IMG/VR virus record: IMGVR_UViG_3300006802_000087
Coordinates: 11,824 to 75,823 of that record
Reading direction: 5' to 3' (one strand)
Length of the DNA stretch: 64,000 nt
From: a virus
Within the stretch, counting starts at the first letter, position 1; each line of letters begins with the position of its first letter. This document shows, piece by piece, positions 43,059-54,472 of the stretch. The position numbers and the translations under genes are program-made. Below the pieces are notes generated by a model, which had not been told where the DNA came from, did no database searches, and saw only the letters and a program-made list of their open reading frames with translations.

Positions 43059-43998
43059 AAGCAATCAAAGGAAATAAAATGGAATTAATACACTCAATCA
43101 TTGTATTGTCAATGTTTATGACAGCAGTTCTTGGCCCTATCTTTTTTGCGCTAAGAGACTTTAAAGAGGCAGACACGGAAACCAAGAAGACAAGAACACA
43201 CTTCATGAAGGGATAAGTATGAAAACATCATTAACACAATTGCAAATAAGCTTGGATGGCATCAACTGGACTGTAGCTGGAGAAGCGAAGTCTAATGTAA
43301 GTCGAGAAATGCTCGAGCTTAAAAGGTTGGAATGGGATCTAAGGAACAAACATCGAAAGACACCGGGTTTTAAGTTGCAATATGCCGAAGTAAAACAAAC
43401 AAAAATGTAACTCTATTGCACACCATGTATAATATAACCACAACCAATGGAGGCAAAATGGAAACACAACAAAAGACAAAGGTTTCAATCGCATTGATCT
43501 TGGACTTATTGGCGATCACATTAATAATACTTCGACTTACTGGAGTTATTCAGATTGATTGGGTTTGGGTTCTATCACCATGGTGGATACCTTTAACTTT
43601 GGCAGCAGGAATAACAGTAGCATCAATTGCAGACGAATGGATAAAATAATGAAACTGAAAATCAATTCAAAACATATTGAGTGGGTAGACCATGTATTCG
43701 CTTCTAGCTCAAGTCATAACATCTCAGCGTGTTATGCAGATGTAGGGAAAGCAAGGATCAAGAAGAAACTGATAGAGGCTGTCAGTGCAGGGGATCTACC
43801 GCGAGAAGTTGAAGTCACCGGTGAGGTAAATCTTTCTTTTAAGATTGCCAGCTATCAAAATGATGGCTTCTGGTTTCGATCAACTTCTACACACAAAGAC
43901 AAGATCTGGAAACTTTGGATCGAAGCTGAAGAGGCAATATGCGGACCAAAGCCATCACTACCTGAAATCATAAAACAAAAACACAAAAAGGGAAAGAA

Positions 43999-44958
43999 AT
44001 GAACTCAGAAATGATTCTCCTTGCAGGGAATGCCGTCCCTGTCTTGGCCGATTCAATCGCTAAACAATTAGGTCTTAGACTCTCTGAGGCAAATGTATCT
44101 CGTTTTTCTGACGGAGAGATATCTGTCGAAATCGATTCAAATGTGAGAGGAAGGGACGTCTTTATTGTTCAGTCAACATCTCAGCCAGCCAATGATCACT
44201 TGATGGAGTTGCTCATTATGGTCGATGCGTGTAAAAGAGCCAGCGCTGGTCGAATCACAGCTGTGATACCATATTATGGCTATTCCCGACAAGATCGCAA
44301 AGTCAGGTCTCGTGCTCCAATCACGGCAAAACTAATAGCAGATATGATAACTGTAGCCGGTGTATCTCGCGTTCTCACAATGGACTTGCACGCTGGGCAG
44401 ATCCAGGGCTTTTTTAATATGCCTGTCGATAATCTGTTTGCTTCAGGCATCTTGTCTGAAAGAATGCAACAAATCTTAAACGCCGACTGTGTTGATAACA
44501 CTGACTGTGTTGTCGTTTCTCCTGACGCAGGTGGTGCTGAGCGCGCGAGATACTTTGCAAAAAGGCTCGGAGCAGACATGGCAATCGTTGATAAACGAAG
44601 AAGTGAACCTAATCAATCAGAAGTCATGAACATTGTGGGTGATGTGAATGGAAAGACAGCAATTATTGTTGATGACTTGGCTGACACAGCGGGAACTCTC
44701 TGCAAGGCAGCTACAGCTCTCAAAGAACAGGGAGCAATAGAAGTTTATGCTTGTTGCACACATCCCGTTTTATCCGGTCCCGCATTCGAAAGAATAGCGC
44801 AGTCAGATATCAAAAAAATCTTAGTAACAGACACAATCGATCGATTAAAAAGTCAGAATAAATCAGATAAAATTGAAACAGTATCAACAGCTTCTTTATT
44901 CGCAGACGCGATTGAAGCCATTCACAAGAACTCGTCTATCTCTCGCTTATTCGGATGA
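43999..44958 (+). CDS. prs: Ribose-phosphate pyrophosphokinase
   Basis: FSDGE, PYYGYSRQDRK, DLHAGQIQGFF, VSPDAGG, VDDLADTAGT. Confidence 0.95.
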   Translation: MNSEMILLAGNAVPVLADSIAKQLGLRLSEANVSRFSDGEISVEIDSNVRGRDVFIVQSTSQPANDHLMELLIMVDACKRASAGRITAVIPYYGYSRQDRKVRSRAPITAKLIADMITVAGVSRVLTMDLHAGQIQGFFNMPVDNLFASGILSERMQQILNADCVDNTDCVVVSPDAGGAERARYFAKRLGADMAIVDKRRSEPNQSEVMNIVGDVNGKTAIIVDDLADTAGTLCKAATALKEQGAIEVYACCTHPVLSGPAFERIAQSDIKKILVTDTIDRLKSQNKSDKIETVSTASLFADAIEAIHKNSSISRLFG

Positions 44959-45344
44959 TAGACAAACAAAAGGGGAGACAATGAAAACAATCTTAACAGT
45001 AAAAGAAGCAGTATATGGATTCGAATCTTATTATGTTGTAAAATACACAGACGGTTCTTCGAAGATAATACATTATCTTACCAAAGAGCTTGAAAAACAT
45101 CTCGAGGAGTAAATAAATGTTGTCAATAAAAACTTTAAAATATGTTAAGGAAATAATCAATCTTCACGACGACGTTGGAGTTTGGGCAATAACATCTAAA
45201 ATGGTCTTTGACTATATTAAGAATAAAGATAAAAGTATAACAGAAGAAGAAGTAAAACAATGTTTTGATGTATTATCAAAAAATAATAAAATTGTGTTTG
45301 ATGAGACTCGATCTTTTGTTCGACCTGTTAACTTAAAAGAATAA

Positions 45345-45472
45345 ACTCCGTGGTTGGTGTTTAAGTCTGCACAGCAATGATAAGGCTGACTCTGAAACAT
45401 GAGACATAAGAAGGGCAGACGGAGAGAGAGCTGGTTACTCTCGGGACAGGGTGGGTATATAACACCAACACA
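45345..45472 (+). ncRNA. Structured ACTCCGTGGTTGG element, copy 2
   Basis: GTTGGTGTT/AACACCAAC, GTCTGC/GCAGAC, GAGAG/CTCTC, GGACAGGGTGGGTA. Confidence 0.6.
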
Positions 45473-47381
45473 CAAAAATGTAACAGTACAAAACCAATAA
45501 TATAATATAACCATAACCAATCAAGGAGATAACTTATGAAAACACCATCAACAACCAAAACCCTAATCTTTGGGATTGCAATCGGTATCTACACTGACTG
45601 GGGATTATTGCTAACAGACCTTATCAAAGGTTTTACTTTTACAACTGACTTAGTTGCTGAACAGTTTAATCTAGACAAAGAAAAACAGACAGTTCCAGAA
45701 TATAAAGAAGAAAGTACATCACAAAATGTAACAGTACAAAACCAATAGTATAATATAACCACAACCAATCAACCAAACATGGAGGCAATATGCCAAAACA
45801 AAACACACTCCCTAAATACTCAAATGATCCGAACTTTGTGGGATACCCATTCTTTTATGTTGTCGAAGACTATAAATGTGAATGTCATGAATGTGCTACT
45901 GAATCCCGCGATGAAGGTAAGACAGTGACACCACATGTCAACTATGATGACCCACAACTCTATTGTTTCACATGCTCAGAACAAATTGAAGCTTCAAATG
46001 GTGCTCATGAAACTGATGAAGATGAAGACGACGGGAATGATGATGACTTCGTTCTTGAAGGTCGACGACTTCTCCGCGACCGATGCTTTTACATCTAAAA
46101 TGTAACACTGACACACATAGTGTATAATATAAAAGAACCAATCAACCAAGGAAATAATATGACAAAAAAACTTAAAACACCTGATGTATACTATCGAGTT
46201 CGATTAGCATGCCCAGGTCGAAACCTGGCAATAGAATATATCGATGGTACTGATGAAGCTGCCGGCAGGTATTATGAGACATGGCGACTTATCGACTTGG
46301 ATACAGGTGAAGTATTCGCAAAGGATGTCGTTCCACACGAAGTATTGTCCGTTGCATCTGAAATGACTAGTCAAAGCTCATATGAGAATATCACAGGAGA
46401 GTTTGAATATATTCGCGAAGCCAGACAATACCGTTTATTCAAAGATCTACCTCTCAAAGAGCGAATGAAGTATATCCTGTCACATGCTCAAGACTTAGAG
46501 AAAGACTTCAACAATGACGGTATTGATGCTGATCCGATCGAAGTAGCAACACAAGAAATGAACGATATGTATAATGAAACCCCGTGCTTCTATCATGACT
46601 CTGAAAAGAATGAATGGGTCTTAGATACAGACATGTACTAGAGGTGATGAATGAATACAAAAAACTATACATTGCGATGGCTCTTTCATGGTAAAGAACC
46701 ACAGTCCCATGAAATGGCGAATGCCACACTCCAGTCAGTACAAACTTATATCAACATCCTCAAAGGCTGGGGTTGCATGCACTTCAAGTTAGTTGATGAC
46801 ACCGGGCATGAATATGAGATCTCGAGAATGGGCACAATAAAGGCATTACAAAATGTGTAACACTGACACACATAGTGTATAATATAAAAGAACCAACCAA
46901 GGAGACACAATGCCAAACATTCAAGAAACACCTAGGACATTCAAGGATGTCAAAGTAGGCGAAAACTTTTTGATGAGTGACGGTAAGTATACAAAACAGA
47001 GCTCGAGAACAGCAACAAGCTGGCGATCGGGTGGAACGATATATATCACTTCAAGTCAAAAGATTCGACAAGTAAAACATTCATGGGGATGGGGAGTTTA
47101 ATATGAAAATAACAGTAGACAAAACATACAAAGTTGGTGACACAGTACGGTATGAGACTTTCACTGGAGAATTGAGGACTGTCAAAGTTACTGAAAAGGA
47201 TGATGAGATCAAGAACAGCCGAGCAGGTTTTAGTGGCACTGATGTGCACACCCTTCAATCGGTCTGGGGACTAAACGATCAAATACTCAGAGTATATTGT
47301 CAAGAACAAAAACGCTGGAAAATGTAACATTGTCACACACTGTGTATACTATATCCATAACCAACCAACCAAGGAAACACA

Positions 47382-47732
47382 ATGAGATACTTCTCACTTG
47401 ATTACCGTTCACCTCCATCTGGAATGGGTCAAATTATCGACAGTACACAATACAAGAGGGTCGGAGACAAATGGAACATGATCTTGGTAGACTATGGAGA
47501 TAATCCGCATGAAGATCCAACCTATACTCAGACCAAGTACTTTCACTCTGAGCAAGCAGCACAAGAAGGGTGGCCAGGCCCAATCATACCAGAGATCATC
47601 CAGTATCTCCGTGATCAAGGGGTCACTCATGTACATGACGCGGAGCTCTCATATGACTTTTTTGCAACAGGTGAGTTCGGTTACTTCCCGATCGACCAAT
47701 GGGCCGAGATCATGATGAACATGTTCAAATAA
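47382..47732 (+). CDS. Hypothetical protein, tandem paralogue A
   Basis: YFSLDYRSPPSGMGQI, GVTHVHDAEL. Confidence 0.75.
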   Translation: MRYFSLDYRSPPSGMGQIIDSTQYKRVGDKWNMILVDYGDNPHEDPTYTQTKYFHSEQAAQEGWPGPIIPEIIQYLRDQGVTHVHDAELSYDFFATGEFGYFPIDQWAEIMMNMFK

Positions 47733-47764
47733 ACAAGCAAAATCGCTTAATCACAGGAGTCTAC

Positions 47765-48115
47765 ATGTCAAATCTAGATAAACTTACTTACTTCTCAATC
47801 GATTATCGATCACCACCCAGCGGATTAGGTCAGATTGTTTTCCCGGGTGGGAGTGATAAACCTGCTGATCTCGTTCTTGTCACTTATAAAGGCAATGGTG
47901 ATGTTGCAAATCCGTTTTACAAAGCCACCCAGCACTTTCCTGAAGATCTGTTCGAAGAGGGCGGCAGAGAGTGGCTAGCTGAAAAGCTTCTTGGCTATGG
48001 TGTCACTCATGTTTATGATCCAGAACTGGGAGACCAGTGGGGAATGTCTCAGCATCTTGGCGAGCATTACTATCCCATTGCGATCTGGTTTAACCGAACC
48101 TTTGGTGCATTATAA
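47765..48115 (+). CDS. Hypothetical protein, tandem paralogue B
   Basis: YFSIDYRSPPSGLGQI, GVTHVYDPEL. Confidence 0.75.
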   Translation: MSNLDKLTYFSIDYRSPPSGLGQIVFPGGSDKPADLVLVTYKGNGDVANPFYKATQHFPEDLFEEGGREWLAEKLLGYGVTHVYDPELGDQWGMSQHLGEHYYPIAIWFNRTFGAL

Positions 48116-48559
48116 AATGTAACACCACAAAACCGGTAGTATAATATAACCATAACCCACGGAGGCACCATGAAAACTTACATATTCCCCACACTCAATA
48201 CTCAGGCAATCACAAGAAATGTTAATGAGATCCTCTCTGATGCTGAGTCATCTGTTCGAACTCGAACTTTTGGCGACTTACTCGTGGCGGCACAGATTGC
48301 CAAGAAAGAAGCAGACAAGTGGTTGTCACCCGAGTCATTGATCGCTAATGAGGGACTTGCTTCTCACTTCATATCTAGAGATTGGGCAAATCTGCAACAG
48401 ATCTCAGATGTTTTACACCACTTCTTGCTGACAGGTGAAGTTTCTATCAAGGCAATGGATCAAGAAGACATTGATAAAGAACTGAAACGCTTACACTAAA
48501 ATGTAACACCACAAAACTAACAGTATAATATAAAAGAACCAACAACCACCGGAGGCAAT

Positions 48560-49120
48560 ATGCCAGAGCTTCACACAATCAAAACATTCACATTCTCAGA
48601 ACTTCCAGAAGACATTCGACAAGAAGTCATTGAAGCCTACGAGGTGCCTGATAACTGGGACGAATGGGTTATCGATGCAATCAACGAAGAAGCTGCTGAG
48701 CTCGGTATCGAAAACTTCGACTTCCAATACTCAGGCTTTTGGTCTCAAGGCGACGGAGCTTCTTTCACCGGCACATTATCAACAGAACTCCTGACTTCGC
48801 TTTTGAAAGAGGAAGTCAATGAAGAACTCAGTTTCAATATAACTACATGCACGGCTCAAATCGACCGCAAGTCATACCCACATTATGTACATGAAAACAT
48901 GGTCTATGCTAGTTTCGACAGTGGAGATGAGCCTGTCACAGACGAAGACCGTGATGCTATTCTCACAGCATTGGAAGCATGGAAGAATGCATTATGCTCC
49001 AAATGGTATCGGCAACTTCGAGAATCATATGACGCAGAATATGAAGAAGAGAGAATCGCTGAAGAGTTTGAAGGCACTCGTTTTCTGAGAAATGGTAAGG
49101 TATTCGACTTTAACTTTTAG
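48560..49120 (+). CDS. Acidic conserved hypothetical protein
   Basis: YSGFWSQGDGASF motif; promoter at 48501. Confidence 0.7.
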   Translation: MPELHTIKTFTFSELPEDIRQEVIEAYEVPDNWDEWVIDAINEEAAELGIENFDFQYSGFWSQGDGASFTGTLSTELLTSLLKEEVNEELSFNITTCTAQIDRKSYPHYVHENMVYASFDSGDEPVTDEDRDAILTALEAWKNALCSKWYRQLRESYDAEYEEERIAEEFEGTRFLRNGKVFDFNF

Positions 49121-49124
49121 TTAG

Positions 49125-49230
49125 ACTCCGTGGTTGGAGTGGTGGCAGTATTCGCTCATTGATCAGCGGCTGCAACCACGGTGACACAGGTGGTAACTGT
49201 GGCAGGAAAGAGGTGGGTAACCAACCAAGG
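49125..49230 (+). ncRNA. Structured ACTCCGTGGTTGG element, copy 3
   Basis: TGGTTGG/CCAACCA, GTGGTGGCAG/CTGCAACCAC, CACAG/CTGTG, GGAAAGAGGTGGGTA. Confidence 0.6.
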
Positions 49231-51357
49231 CTAACAAAAAATGTAACACCACACAACTGGTGGTATAATATAAAAGTAACCAACCAACAAGGAGTTCAAC
49301 ATGAAAGTTAAGTTTCATATCAGAGTTTACACAAACCCAGGTGGTCCCCGTGCGCATTGGAAAGATCAGGAGTTTGAAGATGTGGATCACATCGGAACAG
49401 TGGTCGGAAAACGAAGAGTTCGAGAAGACTATTGGACTCGGTTCGACTATGAAGTTGAGTATCAAACTGAGGACGGTAAAACTTTATACCGATGGGTACC
49501 CGACTACAATGTTGTAAAGATCGACGAAGCAAATGTGTAACCACACAAAACAGTTAGTATAATATAACCACAACCAACCAAACAGGAGTTCATATGAACA
49601 TATACAGCAACATTCTCAACCGTTACTTCGATTACAAAGGCCAAGCTTGGCAAGTTATCGGACATTGTGAAGACAGATACGGGCAGACTTTTCGAAAGGT
49701 GATCAACATGAAAACAGCAGAGGAAATATACCTAGGCTACGAAGAGTTTTGGAAGGTGACACCCCGAGGCTACTCACACAACGGAAATGTAACAGCATAA
49801 AACCAATAGTATAATATAACCACAAAAACTAACCAAGGAAATAATATGATTATCACACTATTAGCACACCATATCGAATGGGACACCGACGGAAACAATG
49901 ATGTTGCGCGATCACTGCCGTCTAAGGTAGCAGTTGAAGTCGACTTAGTCGAAGATTCCGAAGCAGGATCGATTAATGACCAGATCTGCAACCAGTTATC
50001 AGACTTAGTCGGCTTCTGTGTTTTGGACTACAAACTGGAAGGATACTCAGCTGAGGCTGATTATGCTCTTCAAATGACCGGCACAAAATCGGAAGCATAA
50101 TAAAACCATAACCAATCAACCAATACAGGAGGCAATATGCCAAAATACCAAGGACACAAAAACTGGAACCACTGGAACATCGAACTCTGGATCAGCAATG
50201 AATATGATGTTTACAAACGAGTTCAATACCTTCTCGGCCGCAAACATATCTCAAAGAACGAGATCGCATCAGTCTTGTTAGGAGAGCTCCGCAATCGCTG
50301 GGGTGAGACAACACCAGACGGAGCACCTCTCACATACACAGGGATCCGAGCACACTTGACCGGTGTCGACCGCGACGACTACTAATACAAAAAGTGTAAC
50401 ACCACAAAACCAATAGTATAATATAAAAGAACCAACAACAACCAACACCCAAAAGGAGTCATTATGACTACAACAATCAGTATCAAAACAGGAAACTACG
50501 TGAAGTCTATTCAGTCAAGAGAGGCAGTCTATCGAATCAAAGCCGTAACAGCTGACACTGTCACCCTCAAGAGAGTTAACGGTCGCCTTAACGGTGAGTA
50601 TGAAGTTCCTCGATCGACCTTCTCTAAATACTTCCACGCAGCAGCATAAGAGTTCACATGAGTCAGGAAAGAGCAATCATCATTGAGGTCGAGTCCCTCC
50701 TCCACGAGGGACAATCACCGGCTGTCATAAAGAGAGCAATAGAAAAGAAATACATCAAGAGCTTCTCCCAAAAAGACTGGGAGCGCATCATGATCCAGGC
50801 ACAGCTAAGAAGAGCATTCACACGGCCAGTACCATAATGCAAAAGAACACCAAAGTGTAACAGAACAGAGCCAAGTATATAATATATCTACAACCAAAGG
50901 AGACCGCATGTTTATCAAACTCACAAAGGTAACACAAACAACAACAGGATACGGTGTGTCTCTCAAAGTAGACAGCATCCAAACAGATATCTGGATCAAC
51001 ACCTCCCATATCATTACAATGTATATATCAGGCCTGACATATGTCAACACCACTCATGAGACGATCAAAGTGTTAGAGACACCTGAGCAGATCATTGCTC
51101 TCATGAGCGCCGAGTAGGAGAGAGGTAACCATGACAGGAAGAGTCATCTACAGATTCGCAAGAGAGATCCTCCGAGAGCCACTCATCCTCGCTCGGGTAT
51201 CACTGCGCCAGGAGTATCACTATACTCGACAACTTTTAAGGCAGCGACTGCGCCGCTGTGGCCGTATGGCCACAGTCAGGGAGGTGCTGAGTCGGCATGT
51301 GGAGAATGCAGAGACTCGGGACAAGGGCATATTCTTTTAACTCCTCTGTGCGGGGTG

Positions 51358-51377
51358 GGAAATGATAATCATTATCA
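51358..51377. promoter_or_regulatory. Fur-box-like operator
   Basis: GGAAATGATAATCATTATC, 17/19 to the classical consensus; perfect 7-1-7 TGATAAT-C-ATTATCA. Confidence 0.55.
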
Positions 51378-51566
51378 ATTGGGTTCGGACTAAGTGCGCG
51401 AGATGAAAGTGAGTTATTCGATCGACTTGACTTAAACATACGAACGACCGACAGCACTTTTATGAACTCTCCCCGGGGCGGGTTGCCGCAAATCCTCACA
51501 AAAATGTAACGGCTCTTCACACCCTGTATAATATAATCACAACCCATCCAACCAAGGACAACAACC

Positions 51567-52319
51567 ATGAAACTTAACGTTAAAATCGAAGATATCGCTT
51601 TTGGTACTTCAATCCAAGATATCGCTGTACCGGCTCTCCTTCAAAAGCGCATTCCTAGTGGCCTCGGCTTCTTTGATTATGCACTCGGCGGGAAAGGCTT
51701 TACTCCCTCTCTCTGCGGTCTCTTTACTGGAACACCCGGAGCAGGCAAAACTACAATGATGCTCACTCTGGCTAATGCACTCCAAGGACATGGAGCTCAG
51801 GTGATCTTCAACACGGCAGAGGAATCGCTCTATCAGGTAAAGATGACAGCCAATCGACTTAAACTCCGTCATCCATTCTGTGTCGGCGGTGAGTCTAATG
51901 TTCCTAGCCTCCTCAAAGGCTGCGATACAGTGCGCGAGGCTCATCCCGATCGCCCCTTCTTCCTCATCGTCGACTCTCTGCAATGTATGGATGACGGGCA
52001 CTTCAACAGCGGTCGTATCACCACAGCAACAGCAGAACGCAGTCTGGCCCAACTCACCTCATATGCCAAGGAAAACGGGTGCAATGTGCTGGTCATCGGG
52101 CAGGTAAACAAGGACGGCAAGATGTCGGGATCGAATAAGCTCAAGCACATGGTGGATATGCACATTCACCTCTCTGTGGAGGAAAAGGATGAGGACCTCC
52201 GCGGTTGTCGCATTCTCTCTACAGCCAAGAACCGTTTCGGAGGCTCAGGCCACTTGGTTTATCTCAAGCTCATGAAATCAGGGTTCACAGAAGTGGCTCG
52301 CTTAGGTGAGGGGAGTTAA
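51567..52319 (+). CDS. RadA/Sms-like ATPase (ATPase core only), copy 2
   Basis: Same motifs as 32293..33048; KNRFG. Confidence 0.85.
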   Translation: MKLNVKIEDIAFGTSIQDIAVPALLQKRIPSGLGFFDYALGGKGFTPSLCGLFTGTPGAGKTTMMLTLANALQGHGAQVIFNTAEESLYQVKMTANRLKLRHPFCVGGESNVPSLLKGCDTVREAHPDRPFFLIVDSLQCMDDGHFNSGRITTATAERSLAQLTSYAKENGCNVLVIGQVNKDGKMSGSNKLKHMVDMHIHLSVEEKDEDLRGCRILSTAKNRFGGSGHLVYLKLMKSGFTEVARLGEGS

Positions 52320-52338
52320 TCCCCGCCTTCGGGCTCTT

Positions 52339-52422
52339 TGTATCTCGCGCTACGCACGCGTATACGCGCGGGATCCTCTGGGCACAATGTATCTCGCGCT
52401 ACGCGCGTACTGCGCGCGCGAG
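52339..52422 (+). repeat. 17-bp direct repeat TGTATCTCGCGCTACGC with alternating-CG tails
   Basis: Copies at 52339 and 52388. Confidence 0.8.
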
Positions 52423-53527
52423 AGCTTTTATGTAACAGGACACACAGGGTGGTATAATATAAAGGTACCACAGGAGGACACATGGACAGAGGAATAACAC
52501 TAACACATCTAATGATTCATTATACCGATGGCAGCAAAGGTTCACTAGACCTCACTCAGTCATCGCCATGGCGCCGCCAGAAGTTATTACGCGAATGGTC
52601 GGAGCAATCACACGTCGCATCAGCTTATCTATACAAAGGACACTAGGAGACACTATGACACAATTCAACAACACATATCAAAACGGTTTTAAACTTCTCT
52701 TCTTGGCCGTGTGGCCCGGTGAGGATCACTCCCCAGAGATCTGGACACGAGGTGACATTGCTGCCGACTTCGAAGACAGCCCTGAGGTTCTATCACTCAT
52801 CGATCAGATGGAACTGGGTGACAGTATCCGGCATGAAGAGTCCAATCTGGTCTTGATCCGTATCCCCGACTACTTATCCCAGCAGAGCTTATTGGCTCAG
52901 TTCTAACCCTTCTCCCACCTCCGAGATAGGGAATAACAGTTATGACCAAAAGTGTAACCGTTATTCCCGTGGTGTATAATATAAAAGAACCACAGGAGGT
53001 AACATGGGAAATGAAAGGATAACCATTAAGATAACCGTTAAGGGAAGATGGTGTGATAATGATGAATATGACCAGTATGGGGAATTGATCCGTTGGCCTA
53101 ATCCAGATCCGTTAGTAGTCTGGAACAGTGGGTGTTGGGACAAGGAACTAGGCCAAGGGGTGATGATGGAAATGCCCGCCTCGAAGTTTAGAGAGCTCAC
53201 CGGTCATATTATATATGGAGGGGATATTGAACCTCGCGGCCTTCATAAGATATCGATCCTGTTTGGGGATTACACCCGACTTAAGTCCTATAGAGAGGAA
53301 GGGGTCATCATTCGAAGAGCTCGAAAGAAGTCCGGAACTCCCAAACAAGTAAGAACCCTCCCAGGTCGAGACAAGCTCAAAGAGGTATTGGAAGGCCGAG
53401 GTCAACAGCTCAAAGGTGTTCAAGCCAGGGTCCGGAAACGGACCTGAGCTCCCTCACAAAAAATGTAACAGCACTACACACCCAGTATAATATAAAAGAA
53501 CCAATCAACCAACAACGGAGGCCAAAC

Positions 53528-53953
53528 ATGGCTACTACAAAAACTCTCCTCTCAAACCTTTCAAGCCTTGTGCATAACGGTGTCATGACCCAAAAGGAAG
53601 CTGACAAGTTCAAAAACCGTATTCTCAAGGAAATCCAACAAGCCGAGCACGATCAAAAGGTCCAAGCTCTCTCACTCAAAACTTCTGAGTTCATGACTCC
53701 AGGTGTTCAATACTCCATCTCCGACCTGGTCAAGGAAGTGATGGGAATCCTGGCACCCTGTCATGGTCACAAGGAAACCAAAGCTGAACAAAAGCATCGA
53801 GATGGAGTTGCTAAACCCCTGATGAAAGCGGCCTTGGAGAACCTAGGTGCGGTAACAGTGGGAAGTGGGGCACAAACTCGATATATGATCCCACCTCAAC
53901 TTCCTGCCCTGGCTCCCATCACTGTAGAACCTGAAGCTCATGATGAGGACTAA
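53528..53953 (+). CDS. Hypothetical protein, paralogue of 60462..60902
   Basis: MATTKTL, ISDLVKEVMGI, APCHG, QTRY shared. Confidence 0.8.
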   Translation: MATTKTLLSNLSSLVHNGVMTQKEADKFKNRILKEIQQAEHDQKVQALSLKTSEFMTPGVQYSISDLVKEVMGILAPCHGHKETKAEQKHRDGVAKPLMKAALENLGAVTVGSGAQTRYMIPPQLPALAPITVEPEAHDED

Positions 53954-54211
53954 CCCATAACTTGGGAGGGGTTATACAAAAAGTGTAACCCATTCCCTCT
54001 CTCAGTATAATATAAAAGAACCACAACAACCACAACGGAGTCATCATGACAGTTATCTACAAAGGCAACACCTATCGTTTCATCGGCTATGTTGGTCTAC
54101 CTGGCACAGAAGTCACAGCTGAACGCGGCGGCAAGTTCTATCGGTTACCCGTCAGTCAGTGTCAACTCATCCGCCAAACCGCTTAACCTCAACCCATACT
54201 TAGGAGTCACC

Positions 54212-54472
54212 ATGACAACACTTATCTTTACTGCACTTATCTCATTGGCAACAGCTGAACCGGTTCAAGAAGCAACAGCTGAACCCACTCAAGAAGCACC
54301 AGTTGTCTTCATTGACTTCGATGAGATCTCTCTCACAGGGGAGTTGGTCAAGCCGTCACTTACTTTGGTTGTAGCTGACCGACAGCCGGCTCAGCCTGAT
54401 CTTCTCATTCCAGATCTCCGTCAGTTCGTGCTGGATATGGAGCGCGCGAAAGTAGCTGAGCCGGCTAAATAA
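54212..54472 (+). CDS. Secreted CglF/GltF-like small protein
   Basis: Signal peptide MTTLIFTALISLATA; IDFDEISLTGELVKP; AGGAG RBS. Confidence 0.6.
   Translation: MTTLIFTALISLATAEPVQEATAEPTQEAPVVFIDFDEISLTGELVKPSLTLVVADRQPAQPDLLIPDLRQFVLDMERAKVAEPAK

Noticed and set aside
50658-50837. Apparent non-coding gap or frameshifted gene
   Set aside because: Reads as an intact 59 aa ORF (MSQERAIII...), just under the ORF track cut-off.
52306-52497. 63 aa ORF rich in R/A/Y
   Set aside because: Translation of the CG repeat and a promoter; likely spurious.
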